From: Antedon mediterranea
Lineage: Eukaryota; Animalia; Echinodermata
DNA: 64,000 nt
Assembly (NCBI RefSeq): GCF_964355755.1
Contig: NC_092680.1
Location: 744,001 to 808,000 of the forward strand
Direction: 5' to 3'
This document shows, piece after piece, positions 46,279-61,043 of this stretch. Both the position numbers and the translations under genes were made by a program. The first letter of the stretch is position 1; every line of letters begins with the position of its first letter. A model generated the notes under the pieces. That model was given only the letters and a program-made list of their open reading frames with translations. It was not told the origin of the DNA and searched no databases.

Positions 46279-49200
46279 AAATTAAAAAAAGACAGAAGCT
46301 GATATCAATGCTTGTTTTCTTATTGTAATGATAGTGTAATGATTATGATTGTACGTAGTATTGTAAAATGAATATGTCTATGAGGTGTCGCAGCTTACCA
46401 TAATGTTTAACTTTACCAACTCGGTCTACTGATAGTAGACGAGTGAACAATTCAGTCGGAGCGTCGTGAAGGATTAACGACCGAAACATTTTTTTTTAAT
46501 CCGTGACAATCAAAGGCTGCGCTGTATACGAATTCCGATCCGAAATGTGTGTAAAAATAAGTTTAGTCGATATATTATTAGCTTTTTCTTCTTATTTAAT
46601 CTGTCCTGCATTGTTGAAACACGTTTGATAAATATGTTATTTCAAATTTAGTATATTATCATTATAATGTAACTTGTGATTGTTTATGTAAAATAAAACG
46701 TATGATCGTTTATTGTCAAAGCATATGAATATTTGTTAACTAATTATTGTTAGTGTCGATTCATTCCACTCTCTTCTTCAAAATTCATTCCATGGGAATT
46801 TCCGTTGCGTTGTGTTCTAGTGGGAACCACGCTTTAGCTAGCCTATCCCGACACTACAGTTGTATCTTTCTCAAAAGGTACCTCTGTTCCAAATGGATAG
46901 TTCTATAGGACTCGACCACGCTCCACACTGTGTCTTGGTAATCTCTTTGTAATTAAATGAAAGTCAAAAGCAGTTTTTCTTTCCAAATATGGAGAGACTT
47001 TTGAAATTAGGTCAATAAAACATTTTAGTCTTAATTGTGGTAATTTGAGAACTTATTTTCTCCGGCAAATGCGTCGTTTCCTCACAAATTGCAAATATAT
47101 TTTAATCTTTGACAAGGATAATTTTTTTAACATGTCACCTTAAGCGCTTCTGCCAAGTTCCAAATAGATGTCCATAATTGATTAGTATTTCAAGGCCCTG
47201 ATTCAAGCGCAAAAAAGATAGAAAAAAGTGTATAAAAATATTATTACTTGGCAGTGGAAAGAAAGGAAGGTAGAAGCTTGGTTCCTACTAGAGCGGAAGC
47301 TTGTCCGCGTAGGACGCATGTCCGCGTATACTATGACGCATAACCGCGTATATTAATTGCTTTATGCTACTTTAATATTATTGCACATTATATAATGGCT
47401 TTCTCTGCTTTCCGACCAGCTCACTCCGTCATTAATTTAATATCATAACATATTATACCTATCAGCTAGGAAGAGTTACCTCTCGATTACTGTGCATTCT
47501 TTGTTCATTTGAAAAATGTTCCCCTAAAAGTTGGCCTAAAAGCAAGGTGGCAATGTTTGGTAGTCGGCGGAAAGTACGTCACGAATAGTAACAGATTTTC
47601 ATCACAAAGCTGTCTGATGACGCACTATAAATTACAATATCATAAAAATCTGACAACACAATGATTGTTAGATGTTATTTACATAAAGAGACATCAACGT
47701 TCTAAAAATAAATGAAGTATTTGCCTCTTTGGTTTCAAAGAAAGTGTCAAGTTTCATAAACATAACGATCACTTATTATCTGTAAAAGACTAGACACAAT
47801 AAAAAAATGGATTAAAGTTGCAATAACAATAGCACATCAGTTTAAGAATAAAACGATAACCAACTAAAATTAACAATTAAAGAAAAAACTCTGAGAATCT
47901 ACAAACAATAATTCATAAGTCAAAATAGCAAACATTTAATTATCTAAATTCGTGAGGGACAAATTTAAACGGTATTTTTCTTAATAATAGCCCTTGAAAT
48001 ATAATTTTTCGATTGTTTGTGTGTAGAATATGCCATTTTGAGGTCACATAGGGCCTAATAATTATTCACTTTGCCAACAAATTGGACTGAACAAATATTT
48101 ACCTCAAACAGTCAAACTGTCTGTCAAATAGATTTTGTTGTAATATTAACCAGTGATTTTGTAGCTTTATAAGTGAAATATTATTTTTTACGGTTTTTTT
48201 TAAAGGAAGTAGGCCTAACTTGATTAGAACTGCAAAATAGTCTATTAAAAGTGTGATTATATTAATCTTCATTCATTTTCTTAAAGAACAATACATCTTT
48301 AACATTTAATTTGTTACCTATAAGTTGTCTGTGTATACTTTCCTTTAAAAATGTAATCGCTAACAGAATTCATTTCGAAATAAATTTAAGTAGATATGAT
48401 ACGTAGTTGATTGCCTAAAGCAATTGTGTCTTTAACCCTTACTGAAATGTATGAACCCATGTCAACATCATTGAAAGCTAACGTGATAGGGTTTCAGGAA
48501 ACTAATGTTCTTGATATCAATATTCATTTCGGAATGTCACTCAGAATGTTAAGTAAAGTTTTTTAAAGTTTCATAAATTGTTTTAATAAAATTATGCATG
48601 GCAAAACAGATTGATGGATGTGGATCACATTTGTGGAACTATATATAATATTGTATGTATGTGTCTGGATTAGTTGTTGAAGAAGAATGAGAAGAAGAAT
48701 GAGGAAGATTTCGTGTTTTTTAGAAAGAAAGTTTAAGCCCAATACAATGAATAGAAAGGTACAGTACGTCATGGACATTCATTGTGCGCATGCGGGGACA
48801 TTGGAAGGTGCCTCACGGATTGGTCAATACAATTGAATACGAATGAATAATTAGATAATTTAAATATTAATATTTTGTTTGTTGGTGACAGAAATCCAGA
48901 GTGGGACCAATGGCGCTAAAGAAAACAAGCCCCAAATTTGGAAAAACTTTCTTAAAAAACGTTTAGACGTCTCCAATAGTGATGAAGTTGATTTAAACAT
49001 TTAGCTTTAAAAAAAAAGAACTACGGTCGATTGCGAGAACATCCATTTTAGAAGGTTTTAGTTCTTCAAATTTAATGTCAGTTGACACCATAGGCTGGTT
49101 AAATTTCTATTATTTTACAGTGTTTATACATAGAAATTATTACCTAAATATAGATACTGTAATAATACGCTTGGTCGATGGAATTCATACTTAATGAATA

Positions 49201-49647
49201 ATGTACATAGTTTACAATTTAAATGAATATATTTGAATGAATATTTAGCAAAACAATAACAATACCTAAGCACAACGAACGCATACACAATGCGATTGAT
49301 TTAATTTGGAGGGTTGGTATATAACGGCTATTAACATAATATCAGACATGTACTATTTTCAGTATGATGTCATTACACTAAAAATAAATACATTTATCGA
49401 TGAGTTATATATTTAACAATTTATGGTAAATTGATAATATTCCTTATATGCCTCATTTATGATATATTATTATAATGTTTAAATAACATTACTTATATAA
49501 TAACATTATAACATTATAATGTCTAAGTATCTGTAATATGTCAACACTTTATTTTATAGTTTATGCCGAAGAGTATTATTAACCAAATATGTCAGTTTCG
49601 TTTAGTTTATTTTCTATTTATTTATATTATTTATTTTATTTCTAGGT

Positions 49648-49802
49648 GACCTCTTCAGTCAAAACCCTGATCTCCGCGAGGGCCCAGTACACAAAACACA
49701 CCTCTTCAGTCAAAACCCTGATCTCCGCGAGGGCCCCGTACACAAAACACACCTCTTCAGTCAAAACCCTGATCTTCCCGAGGGCCCCGTACACAAAACA
49801 CA
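49648..49802. repeat. 52-bp tandem repeat x3 in a probable minus-strand LINE 3' tail
   Basis: ACCTCTTCAGTCAAAACCCTGATCTCCGCGAGGGCCCCGTACACAAAACAC, next to a (TTTA)-rich tail. Confidence 0.88.
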
Positions 49803-50116
49803 CTAACAATAAAATTACAAAACAATTTAAAACAACCAGCGACACAAATACAAAAACTATACAAAACAGGATAATATACCACCCCATTAGAACTGAACCT
49901 GGTAGAATAATTATGAACATAATGAGCTAAATTAAACTATTTTGGATATGAATATGATATTGACATTATGATGTTTAGAACCTGTATGTTAAATGAAAAT
50001 TATAATGACATTATTATGATAGCTAATCAAAAATCACAGACTATCCGATGGTAGAGATAGAAGTAAAACATCACATAACCTTTATCAGGTGTAATTGTAC
50101 TTTATGTTGAAGTTAA

Positions 50117-50268
50117 AGCTCTATCATCAAACTAGTTTAACAAAAAAAGTGTGATATGTCCAAATATGGTAGTGATATGTCCAAATATGGTAGTGATATG
50201 ACATCATGTCCATATATGAGCACATCACATGTGTTTGTCGCATAAAGTTTGATAGTGTAGACAGAGCT
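50117..50268. mobile_element. Harbinger-type MITE family A copy
   Basis: TAA target duplication; right TIR intact. Confidence 0.82.
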
Positions 50269-50948
50269 TAAGAATATACTAGTCTGACCGCTTTCATCAT
50301 CTGTTTGCTCTACTTGTTTTTGGTGGTTTTTGGTACACTACAGTACGGACGCTGCAGAAATCATACATAGACTTAATTCTCAAGTAACAGTGCCTATTAT
50401 TTACATTACTCAGTATATGAACTTGTTCTATAGCTTTTTAAAGAAAAATTTCAAAATATTTAAATCACCTAATCAATACTGGTAAAGATAATACCATTAT
50501 TTGTTTTAATGAAAACAGTACAGTATACGGTATGTACATGGAGGCTCCATGGTAGGTATAAATACTACTGAAATACAGTATAACGCTAAAACTGAAAACC
50601 AGATGTTAAATCATGCTAAAGAATAATTATTCATGTATATTGTACATACATTATTACGTTTTTGTTTGGTATTTCTATAGTTCATCATTAGGTACTGTGA
50701 ACAACAAACGCACCATTGAACAGGCAAACATCATCAATTCTCAATCACACCCCGCCGCACAACCCTTGATTGCAGCGCTGCTATTAGCTAAGTAAATCCC
50801 TGGCATGTTATTCTCTCACAAATTACAAACAATGATCCAAGAATAAAAAGTAACAAACATTTAAAGCCTATAATACTTTCAATAGTAGTTCATATACATT
50901 TACCCTAATCTAAAAACAAAGATGATTTTTGTCATATTGACTTTATAT

Positions 50949-51075
50949 AGCTCTGTCTACGCTATCAAACTATTTTGAAAAAAGAAGTGTAATGTGCCCA
51001 AATATGGTAGTGATATGACATATATGGGAACATCATATTTGTTGTCACATACAGTTTGATAGCGTAAACAGAGCT
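50949..51075. mobile_element. Harbinger-type MITE family A copy
   Basis: Both TIRs, with compensated C/G variants (ACGCTATC / GATAGCGT). Confidence 0.82.
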
Positions 51076-52115
51076 TAATAATTGTATAATTTTTTGTTTG
51101 AATGTTTGAATGGCGAATATAATTCATTCATATGATATTACATATTTCATACTGTACATGCAACAATATTATGCCTATATAAATAGACTGTATGAATCTG
51201 ACAATAAGGGAAGGAAGGGTTTGGTGCGCGCGTACGTGATTTGATGTTTGTACGTACGCGCGACGTTTGTTCCCAAACCTCTCACATCTAAAATTCTGCT
51301 AGTGCCTTTGTATCTGTCAAATTTAGTACTGTCTGTACATTGTAAACCAGAAAGAATTGATGGCGCTGTTTGAATCTGTACACTATGCACTTTATTGTAC
51401 ACGCTTTAGATTCAAAGGAAACGAACCCAGAATACTAAATTAACGCCATCAATAAAATAATGCTGTCTCAAAATTTTCTGTTAAAAGACTCATTATCTCA
51501 ACCATTCTACTCGTTGTCAGAAATGTAACGTTTTGCAAACTCTTTCTAATCTAGTCTTAGGCCTACTCTTCTACTTCTCTCATATTCACAAACCAAGCAA
51601 GCGACTAAAATCGACTGAATGAACGTTACATAGAAATATAGCCAATTATGTTACATATGCTAACATGACCATATTGTAAAGAATTATAAATGTATGTTTT
51701 GAATATAATAATATAATATAATACATTAATATAACTACAGATACCATACATGCGTATAGCTAATTTCAATTCACGTTCCCGGTGCTGCCTGTAAGTCAGG
51801 TACATTCTGCAAGTACCACGTGATAAAATGAGTTCCGTGCACCTGAACAATGTAAGCGAGGAAAACGAGTTAGTTTGCAACGAGTAGCCAATCGGAATGG
51901 ACGCACGAGTGAATCGCTGCTGCCGTGGTACAATTTGAATGTTATACGACATGTAATAATTTGATATCATACAGTATTAAATACATATGCATTGTTGTCG
52001 TTAATGTACCAAATTTAAACAAGATAGAATAATACGCATTCCTAAATTTCGATGTATTTGTCTGCTGTGTTTGATTTTGGATTGATATGTAATCAACTCT
52101 ACAACTTTTGTTATA

Positions 52116-52275
52116 ATGTTAACCGACGTAGAGAATTTGTTCTTCGAAGCCGTAAAAACTGGGGAAGTGGATGGTATAAATTATGTACTCACAAGCTTCG
52201 GTGATTTTAACAAGAATTGTGTCGATGAAGATGAGAGAACAGCCATTGATGTTGCAATTGACTCTGGAAATAAAA
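52116..52275 (+). CDS. TRPC: Second TRPC paralog, coding exon 1 (ankyrin repeat 1)
   Basis: FFEAVKTGE...NCVDEDERTAIDVAIDSGNK is homologous to exon 16336. Same phase-1 intron position, GTAAGT donor. Confidence 0.87.
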
Positions 52276-53079
52276 GTAAGTATCGTCTGCTCACTTTTAT
52301 AAAGGAAATGGATTGATAAGTGTCCACCATTTTCCCTGTCAAATAATACGAAAAACTATAATTCTATCCTACAGTATTTCATCACAGAGAACTATTCTAC
52401 ACCAGCAACAATTTAAACTGTTTTCCATTCCACCACAAAGAACTATTTATACCGCCCTATTAGGCAACCACTTAAACACTTTCCCATTCCACACCAGAAA
52501 ACTATTCATCAACTCTTTTCCATTGCATTATGAGAACTAATTCACTCCACTAACTGGGAATTCATTTAAAACTCTTGTGATTGTAGAATATAATAATATC
52601 CTTACAAACGACATGTACCTTCAACACAAAATAGTCTTTAAAATTAAATTCCTTAACGAGATGATTGGTGGATTCGCCGTTAATAATAAGCCAATTTATC
52701 AAGCTATTTATTGCACTTTACCGGTCAACAATTACTCAATTATAATATTATTTCGTCCGACCTGTTTTTTCTTTCCTATAGGCCTACTCTTATTGCCAAA
52801 TTAAGTGCAAACAAATTAGGTTTTAAGTAGTGCTGGTCACGTCTATTATTAATTATCGTAGTATATTGAATAAACAAGAAGTTAAGTGCACTATTTGAGC
52901 CTTGGAAAATGATCCATGGTGTTATATAACAAATATGAAATATTGTGTTATCTTCTCCTCCTTTTAATATTTTTTTGAAGGTTGTGTGATCGAAGTGCAT
53001 AATAATTGTTATTTTATTATATCAATCATTAGGTATGTCATCCACATATGAATATAAACATATACCCCATCTTCTCTAA

Positions 53080-53724
53080 AGCTGTGTCTACACTTATCAA
53101 ACAAGTTTGACAAAAAAAGTGTGATGTTCCCAAATATGGTAATGATATGCTCAAATATGGTAGTGATATGACATCATCATGTACATCTATGGGTACACCC
53201 AATTTTGTAGTCACATAAAGTTTGATAATGTAGACAAGGCTTTAAGCTTGGTTCCCACTATGACGCGACGCAAGAACGTACGCGCAACGCAGGCGAGTTG
53301 TCCAATCACAACGCGATGGATCATCGAACTGCCGCTTGCCATTGGTCATCATCATCAACTTTATTCTGGTATTCTATTATTCAAGATATTGTTTGACGTT
53401 CTCTCATAATTTTTACGTCGACTCTCCACCTTTAAGCTTGGTTCCCACTAGAACGTAACGCAAGGACGTAAACGCAAAGCAAGCATTTTAACCAATGACA
53501 AGCGAAGTTATAGACAGTTAGCAATCACAAGTGAATAAGCCATCGCTTGTGATTGGTCAATTCACTTGCGTTGCGTTACGTCCTTGCGTTGCGTCGCTAG
53601 TGAGAACCACGCTTTAGTTTCGTCGTTGTGCCCAAATATGGTAGTGATATGACATCATCATGTCCATATATGGGCACATCACATTTTCTTTGTGACATAA
53701 AGTTTGATAGTGTAGACAGAGCTT
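53080..53724. mobile_element. MITE cluster: A (53080-53241), partial B (53245-53360), full B (53435-53613), half A (53628-53723)
   Basis: TIRs and TWA flanks visible for each. Confidence 0.82.
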
Positions 53725-54454
53725 TAGTTAGTTCCAAACTTGTTTGTCAATCGACAACTACGAGTACAATCTTTAAGTTCTTCTACTTTTTATGTTATAT
53801 TTCTATACGTGAGCATTAATTCGAAAATTCAATTATCAATTCTAATAATCGGAAAGGTGTCGGTTCTTTCCAACGTTACTAGTTACAACATCTAATCTGC
53901 AATTAACGACTGTTGTTATATGAAATTTAATTGGTATAAGGAAAAACGTGAAACAATACGAGTAAACTACACTATAAGGTTAATGGGTATTAGTATGCAT
54001 GTACAGGTACTATTAATAGACGTTAATATTTAAAAATATCATATGAAGACATGATTATATTCAGACTTTTAACGTTTAATATCCTATTACCTATCATTGC
54101 CACACCGAATATCGTAAATGATCGAACGAAACGTAGGCCTACCGCATACCGATCATTGCACTCGATACGCAGTAGGTTCATGTCTCAGCCACAATAAACA
54201 TGCATGCATCATTGTTTCTTTTTACAGCAATACTCATTCCATATGGGATACCATATACTATATTTTATATACAACACTCGGAGACCAGCATTAATTAGCA
54301 GGTCGAGACCCATCCGTTTTCATCAAAGCTAGCTAATTCCTCTGACAGGTTGTAGCATAAAACATAACTTGTGTGCAAACTTAAATTATTTAAATTTATA
54401 TTTGCCCGTTCTTTAAAAACTTTATGATATCTAAACTTTTCTGCTAGCCAATTG

Positions 54455-54545
54455 CTCGGCGTATTTGTTAGTGTTTCAGCTTTCCAATCGGCAGTCCTTG
54501 GTTCGAATCCCAGCTATAAACCTGTTGCCTTAAGCAGATACAATG
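54455..54545 (+). mobile_element. Degenerate tRNA-derived SINE head
   Basis: B box GGTTCGAATCC followed by GTTGCCTTAAGCA (resembles a CORE-type domain start). Confidence 0.45.
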
Positions 54546-56118
54546 CTGCAGGAATGTTACTGTCGCTAGACGATAATCGGCAGATTATTTACGGTATGAG
54601 AATTGACAATTATAATGGAGTGAAATATATGAGCCTGATTTGTACATACTGTAAATTAAGTTAAAAGAAATGGACCGCAATTACGACATAAATATAAAGA
54701 ATTTGTAAATGTTTTCAAATTATTTAATTGTAGATGTAAGTGCATTTCATGTTATACCTTATAATAACAATATACCTTCAAAATCAAGAATGACACATCC
54801 AGATTGTTTTCAAAAATCTAGCTCAGGTATCGTCAATATTGTCTTTGAAAATACAGATAACATACCGTATACAGTATATATATCATATAATATATATTAA
54901 ATATGTTTTTCATAATTATCCAGTTATTACCCGTATCTAAATCTGTTTTATGAATAGTATGTTTTGATATTCATATAAATTATTGTAATTATTCGGCAAT
55001 GAAATGATACCATTACCACCATATGCGGAAATACACACAGCTTAGTATTTACTAACAGCAGTTTTATTATCTCTTAACATTCAGGCCAACACGCTTAAGT
55101 GCATATGAACTAAGTATACTGTATATAAAATATGTAAATTTGCCTTGAAAGCTCAATCTATAGCATAATTATTGCGAAATAATGCATTTAAAACTATGAG
55201 TTCCTCACCATTCAACAAAATTACTTTTATTATTACAGTTTGTATATATGACAACATAATCATAAACATTTAAAATCCGCAGTATTTCCAATGTATATTT
55301 TCTCTTGTTACCTTTTTATTATTTTTATTAAAAAAAGTTTGGAGATAAGTCTCTCGAAAAAAGACCAGATAGCCACATAGGTCGTTAAAGCAAGGGGATA
55401 ATTAAGCGACCTCCCTCTTAACTAATCTAATTAATGACAAAAAATCCACCAAATTTACTTAAGTTGCTTGAATATTGAAAAAAAATTTTTTAAATGTTAA
55501 AATAGTTTGTGAGTCAACAAAACATTGTGGTAAAGTGTTAGTAATAATACAGTTAACACAAAATATCAATAACAATATATGTTTTTCTACTTGGTATATT
55601 TTATTATGTTACATTTAAACAAAAACATACTTTTACGTATGTTAACTTGTATCAGTATAGCCATTATAATGTTATTTCATTCCAGATGAAAACCGACGGT
55701 TTTATTATATTTGTTACTTATTTACATTTATTTATTAGAATATCGTTATGTGTTTGATATGGACTTTGTTCTGAAATAAATAGGAATTGAATTGAATTGA
55801 ATGATATTAAAAGCACTGCGGTACCGGTAGAGTAAATCAATAAAATAATAATAAAGAGATTGCGAAGACATTCTCCATCACTCGTCAATACTATACGTCT
55901 AGTTTTATCGATTTTTCTTTCATTTTCTAATTATTTCCAATTGTATTTCAATCCGATTTAAACCGATATATACAAACACGTACTTGACTTTGACTTCGTT
56001 TCTCTTATATCGCCATATTGGATACAATAATGCATGGTTTTAAAACAACTTTGTGCCCAAAAGATGTTAAAACCGCGTTATACCATGGAACTATAATATA
56101 AGATCCAATGGTTATACC

Positions 56119-56282
56119 CTGTCTACACTATCAAACTAGTTGATCAAAAAAGTGTGATGGGCCCAAATATGGTAATGATAATATGACCAAATATGGTACA
56201 GTGGTGATATGACAAAACCATGTCCATATAATGAGCACATCATCTTTTTTTGTCACAAATTGTTATAATGTAGACAAGGCTT
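56119..56282. mobile_element. Harbinger-type MITE family A copy (diverged)
   Basis: CTGTCTACACTATCAAACTAG ... TGTAGACAAGGCT. Confidence 0.78.
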
Positions 56283-58449
56283 TATGTATTAATATTGAAG
56301 AACATTTTCGCTTATATACTTTCTATATTAATCATCAATACCGTTTTATTACTGTGTGTTCACATACTGTTTTTATACGGTGTCTATCACTGAGAAAACG
56401 ATAATCGATTTAAGAATCTCCTACACAAATAGCGCAACAAAGATTAATTGTTTCAATATATTGAATTCGACTGTTCATTTTATTAAACTCTGCAGTAAAG
56501 GGATGGCGGTGAATTTTGTCAAAATAATTTAAAAACAATTTTTACTGCTAATAGTATGCAAATAAGCGCCGTACCGCTACCAGTATTTTGGTCAATCTAT
56601 GAATTATTTATCAGATAAATATTTTATAAAAGAACTTATTTTTATAATATAATTTGTTAAAATTTAAAAAATAATTAAGTCACGTGCTCGGTTACGGCAC
56701 CCAATAACTAAAGTTTGTATTGTAAAAATAGTAAGTATGCCTAGTTACCGATTACCGGCTTTCTTTTGGCATCTGTAGTTCCACGCATTCAAAACAACGA
56801 AATATTTTGTCACTCACAATTTTACGCTGGAATCAGTTCACACTAACAATTCGAAGAGCATTTCCCCTTTTAGCTGGCCAAAGTAGGGAAGGGGGATCTC
56901 TAGCGATATTTTTCCGGCGGCACAATTCATTGAGGAAAGCTATAGATGCCTCGACGAATATGCAATCAAATACCTTATTAGATTAGTTCAAGTGGCGTAC
57001 TCCATGTAGAATTAAAACAAATTATGATATCAAGTGACTTGAGATTAAGTACCATGTTGATACATTACCTAGGATCTAACTAATGTTTCTGGGGAAGTCA
57101 TCCTTCTCGGCACAATTAGAATGCTACAGTAGTGCTATTGAAAATGATGTCACAGTTATTAAACGTCTATTTTCATTACGATCAGGGATATTTTATTTCT
57201 CCCAAATCTAGTGGTCCACTGACTAGTTTAAAATTAGAAGTATAAATAGATTTTAACTCGTCACCCCGGGACGAGTAATTCTCGTAAACGAAACGTGCAT
57301 GATGATGAAAATTAGATCGGAAATTGGATGTATGCTTGGTCCAGGAAAGAGTAAAATGTAACTCTTTCCTGCTTGGTCTATTCTCTTTTGATGATAATGC
57401 ATATATCGAAAAGAGGACGACATGAATATGGTTCATAGCCACATCATGCTGGTATACTATTATTCGTGTAATCAATTAGGCAAATCATTACCAATTAAAA
57501 ACACCAGTAAAAATGGAAACACAGAATCAACTGGCATGGACAGATGGAAATCGCTTTGTATTACCGGAGATGATGATAAATACCATGCATTTAATTCGAC
57601 AGAAGTGCAACTCAATGAGTGAAATTATACGTACACTTTTAAGGAGGATTTCGGGTAAATATGGCCATCAATAAGGGGCTATGTACATAGAAATTATGAC
57701 ATGCAATACTAATATAATAAACTATATTTCACAGCAAATAACGTATGAGTATAATCAGTCGAAGCACGCTAAACTACATGATTATGCAAATGTTATAACA
57801 TGTTCTGCCTCTGGCTAAGAAGTTGCGTATAAAGATATATATCTAACCGTTCACAATTTTCATCTCTCTCGTCATAGCCTCGGGACCACAATCAATTCAA
57901 TACAAATTGCCGACTCTTTTCATGGTAACCATTTTATTGCTATTATTGCTCTATTATACAGCAAACTAGAGATTGGCACTTAACACGTGGGTTATGTTAG
58001 CGAGTTCTTTGAATATATATGCATATATTTATTACATCATACATATAAATCAGCAATTGATTGGATTGTGCGGTTGAGAGGTTGCAGAAACAGATTCAGG
58101 ACCTTTGTGTGGGTTTTCTCACACTCAATACTATACAAAAGAAGTCAAAGTTTGTGTGTACACCCTAAAGTAATATATAGATTTATAGATTTTCTTTATT
58201 TTGCACTTTTATGGTTAATGATCTGCAAACGGCTTACCCGGACATGAAAAAGCCTGTTATTTTTCTTAAACCACTGAAAGCAACAATAGAGTGGGCTAAC
58301 AAATAAAAACTACTTTCGGATAACAGCAATAACCTTAATTGAAATATATTCAAATAATTGAGAAGTAATAAGCAAAACGTTGCTAAATCCCCAACAATAA
58401 CTCAAAAGACAAATCAATCAATCAACTCATAGAAAAATACCGATTGAGG

Positions 58450-59010
58450 AACGAACCAACCAACTAACTAACGTAACAACCAGAACTAACCAACGTACCA
58501 ACCTGAACCAACACTAACCTACCAACCAGAACCAACACTGACGTACCAACCAGAACTAACTAACTAACTAACGTACCAACCAGGACCAATTAAATAACGT
58601 ACCAATCAACTAATGTACCAACTAACGTACCAACCAATAATCAACTACCAACGGATGGACCAAGGAAAGAAACTAATCAACCAATCTATAAAAAAAAATC
58701 AACACATTTACTGATAACCATCCAATCAACCAACAACCACAAACCAACACCAACCGACCCAATCACAAACCAACACCAACCGACCCAATCACAAACCAAC
58801 ACCAACCAACCCAACCACAAACCAACACCAACCAACCCAACCAACACCAACCAACCCAACCACAAACCAACACCAACCGACCCAACCACAAACCAATACA
58901 CCAACCGACCCAACCACAAACCAACACCAACCGACCCAATCACAAACCAACACCAACCAACCCAACCACAAACCAACACCAACCAACCCAACCATAAACC
59001 AACACCAACC
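58450..59010. repeat. CCAA-rich low-complexity repeat / ~27-bp minisatellite
   Basis: CACAAACCAACACCAACCGACCCAAT units. Confidence 0.92.
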
Positions 59011-61043
59011 TGTAATTCCCATACGTTTTCTATGAAATGAAAATCTTTATATTTATATGACATGGTAAATCACTCACATGAATATAATGGACATTGACAA
59101 GATAATTTTCATTAGTAGAATGAATGCATGGAATGTAATGATATTTTACGAACACTTGTCAGGTGGCAATCATTGATACGGCTAAGAGACATCAATTTCA
59201 ATACGCTCAATTATTACTAAAATATATCATGTTTCGTCGACAAATACTTATAAAAAGATAACATTTAATGGATGTGCGCCAAGTATAGTTTGGTTTAAAA
59301 AAAAGTTACAATTCGTATGAAATCAAAATGAAATAGATTACGCGCAATTAAAAAGAAAAAAAAAGATTAAATAGAAAGAGAAAATATTTACCTACTAACA
59401 AAACACTGAATACATTTTTTTGTGTCTATTTTACGAGTTCAAACATTCATATTTAATGATTTCGTTGCCTTTTTTTATTTGGCATTTTAAATGCAATGTT
59501 AAAATCAATTGGAATGTTCAATTCAGTTCAGAGTTCAAATTCCTCGATATTAAAAACAGCTTTTGTGGCTACGCAGATGTCGAGTCGAAAAGACATTCTG
59601 CACTGCACACATCAGCAAACACAGATGATGCAAATTTAAAAGAACACACTCGCTCCCACATGGATATCTATATATAAATGTATCTTACCAATTATCAAAA
59701 TATTGAATTCTAATCTCTACGGATTAAAACAATTTTCCAGTTCTCATTAATATTAATTTTACATAGAACGTGAATGATGATTATGTAGAACGAAGTAGTA
59801 TTCTATTCTACAGCAAACTCTATAAAAACACTGAAAGAAGGTAATTAGATATTAATGGCATATCGATTGTTGGAAGTTCCTGCAACAAATATCAGTGTCG
59901 TCGTCTTCTAAAATTCTAAAACTAACACTGTACACAAGTTAGTACTTTTAAACTTCTTCAAATGTCTCGCTTGGTTGACTACAGTTTAATGTTCTGCTCT
60001 TGTGCTTTACGAGTACATCTATTTTCCGCTTGAATTGTCAGTTGTTTATTTTGATAATTCTTCTATATCATATCATCTTATAAATCAATATTGTACTTTC
60101 AGTCCTGTTAATGAACTTGATTTCAACCAGATTGTATAATAAAACAGTGTAATTACGAGGAGATTATGGTAATTAAGTATGTATACGTTGTTGATTCAAG
60201 CATTTTACAAAAGTGATGCGGTTCGGGAGAAAAACAGTTTCGTAGTAGTTATTATTCATAACATTCAAAATGATGAATACTATACAGAGACCTAGAAGAA
60301 CCTTTATACTAATAATAGTTATTGTATCAATAATAAATATTTGATTTATATTGCGATGTATACGTATATTTATTTTATATTACTGCCATGCGAACAGGAG
60401 GTATCCAAAACGGTTAATAGGCTACCACAAAGTGTTTTAATTGTCGTCTTATCTCAGATTTAAGCAAAATCTTAGAGCAAGATATTAACTTATTTCTTTT
60501 ACTAATAATATTACTATTCTTTTCTCCTTACAACAATAGCAAATCCTACCATCGTTTACATTTTGCATTTTAACATATACCTAGTAAATTTAAAAGTAGA
60601 GGAACTAGTTGAGTCATAATACCAGACATCTTTGATTCAAAAACCAAACACTGAACGAACCTCTGATTGAAAAGACGAGTTTCTAAAAGGAATCATAAGC
60701 ACAAGAGAAACGTGGAAATAAAGTATTCGATTTTATTCGATTGACAAGGCAAACATGAATGTATTATTTTATTATTTATTTGAACTACAAACAGCTAAAA
60801 CATAACTTGATTGTAGATTGATTTGTCGTGGCAACTTGAAAAAATAAACATAATGTTCAATCGAATGGCCTTGAAGAGTAGCTTCAACATGACTCAAATG
60901 TGATTGTGAACAACATGATTGTAAAACCTATCTACCTATTACAGTTATAAACATGAGTGTTTTCCTGAGTCAGTAATTGAGCCTTTACCTAAAATTTTCT
61001 ATCGAGAAATACAGTACAGCATTATAGCTTGTTATGGTTGTAA

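Noticed and set aside
51218-51280. CpG-rich hairpin CGCGCGTACGT...ACGTACGCGCG as an ncRNA
   Set aside because: Single occurrence with no recognisable family; probably a decayed palindromic element.
58686-59063. Trp/Gly/Val-rich minus-strand ORFs
   Set aside because: Low-complexity CCAA repeat.
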